A DNA stretch of 64,000 nt from Vicinamibacteria bacterium (lineage in GTDB: Bacteria; Acidobacteriota; Vicinamibacteria; Marinacidobacterales; Marinacidobacteraceae), in NCBI GenBank assembly GCA_964291235.2, contig OZ219815.1, positions 160,001-224,000 on the forward strand, in the 5' to 3' direction. The position numbers were made by a program, and so were the translations under genes. Positions 63,714 through 64,000 of this stretch are shown in pieces (position 1 is the first letter of the stretch; each line of letters opens with the position of its first letter). The notes under the pieces are model-generated. The model saw nothing but the letters and a program-made list of their open reading frames with translations, was not told the origin of the DNA and did no database searches.

Positions 63714-64000
63714 TCAGTGGCCCGCGACGTGTCCCAGCCGCCGTGGATCACTGACCCCGTAGAGTTTTCCGTCGTCACCGCGCCAGATGATCTGCATCGA
63801 GCCGGTGTGCCAGTTGTAGTCGCCGAGCTCTTCCATCGCGATGCCGCTCCTCGCCATCCCCCGGCGGACCTCCTCCGAAATGCGGGACTCGATGCGCAGC
63901 ACCCGCCGGTCGGTCTGTCCGTAGAGGAAGGCCCAAAAGCGCGGCGCTTCCGCCGCCGCCTTCGGAGGCATTCCGAAGTCGAGGATGTTCACGAGCACCT
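63714..64000 (-). CDS. Paralog of the adjacent divergent GGT-like gene, C-terminal part only (truncated by window edge)
   Basis: APRFWAF, IESRIS, LG.YNWHTGSMQI.W, DPRRLG shared with 61995-63692. Confidence 0.85.
   Translation of the reverse strand, partial: VLVNILDFGMPPKAAAEAPRFWAFLYGQTDRRVLRIESRISEEVRRGMARSGIAMEELGDYNWHTGSMQIIWRGDDGKLYGVSDPRRLGHVAGH

Overview
High-GC bacterial DNA, probably Acidobacteriota (tandem 'Acidobacterial VWFA-related' genes, Oar-type TonB receptor, BNR/VPS10 protein); a marine or sponge-symbiont origin is inferred, not shown. About 48 CDS; no rRNA, tRNA or CRISPR array recognised. The main result is a ~12 kb cassette (7170-19017). It encodes an ERG6-like sterol 24-C-methyltransferase with non-canonical active-site residues, a GPP34(GOLPH3/Vps74)-cytochrome P450 fusion, a COG2907-type flavoprotein and a Neverland/KshA-like Rieske oxygenase. 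The last three sit inside a split tripartite OMF-MFP-RND efflux gene set, and no sterol cyclase is nearby. This reads as a candidate system for remodelling and exporting exogenous (host) sterols. Other highlights: a glutamine-synthetase-like/P450/ADC-like/extradiol dioxygenase operon; a GGT-fold protein with Ser at the nucleophile position and an adjacent truncated paralog; a proline-racemase homolog lacking its second catalytic Cys; an unlisted 52-aa leaderless membrane ORF ahead of a heme oxygenase; and REP-like repeats with compensatory base changes. All family calls come from recognising motifs by eye; no searches were run.
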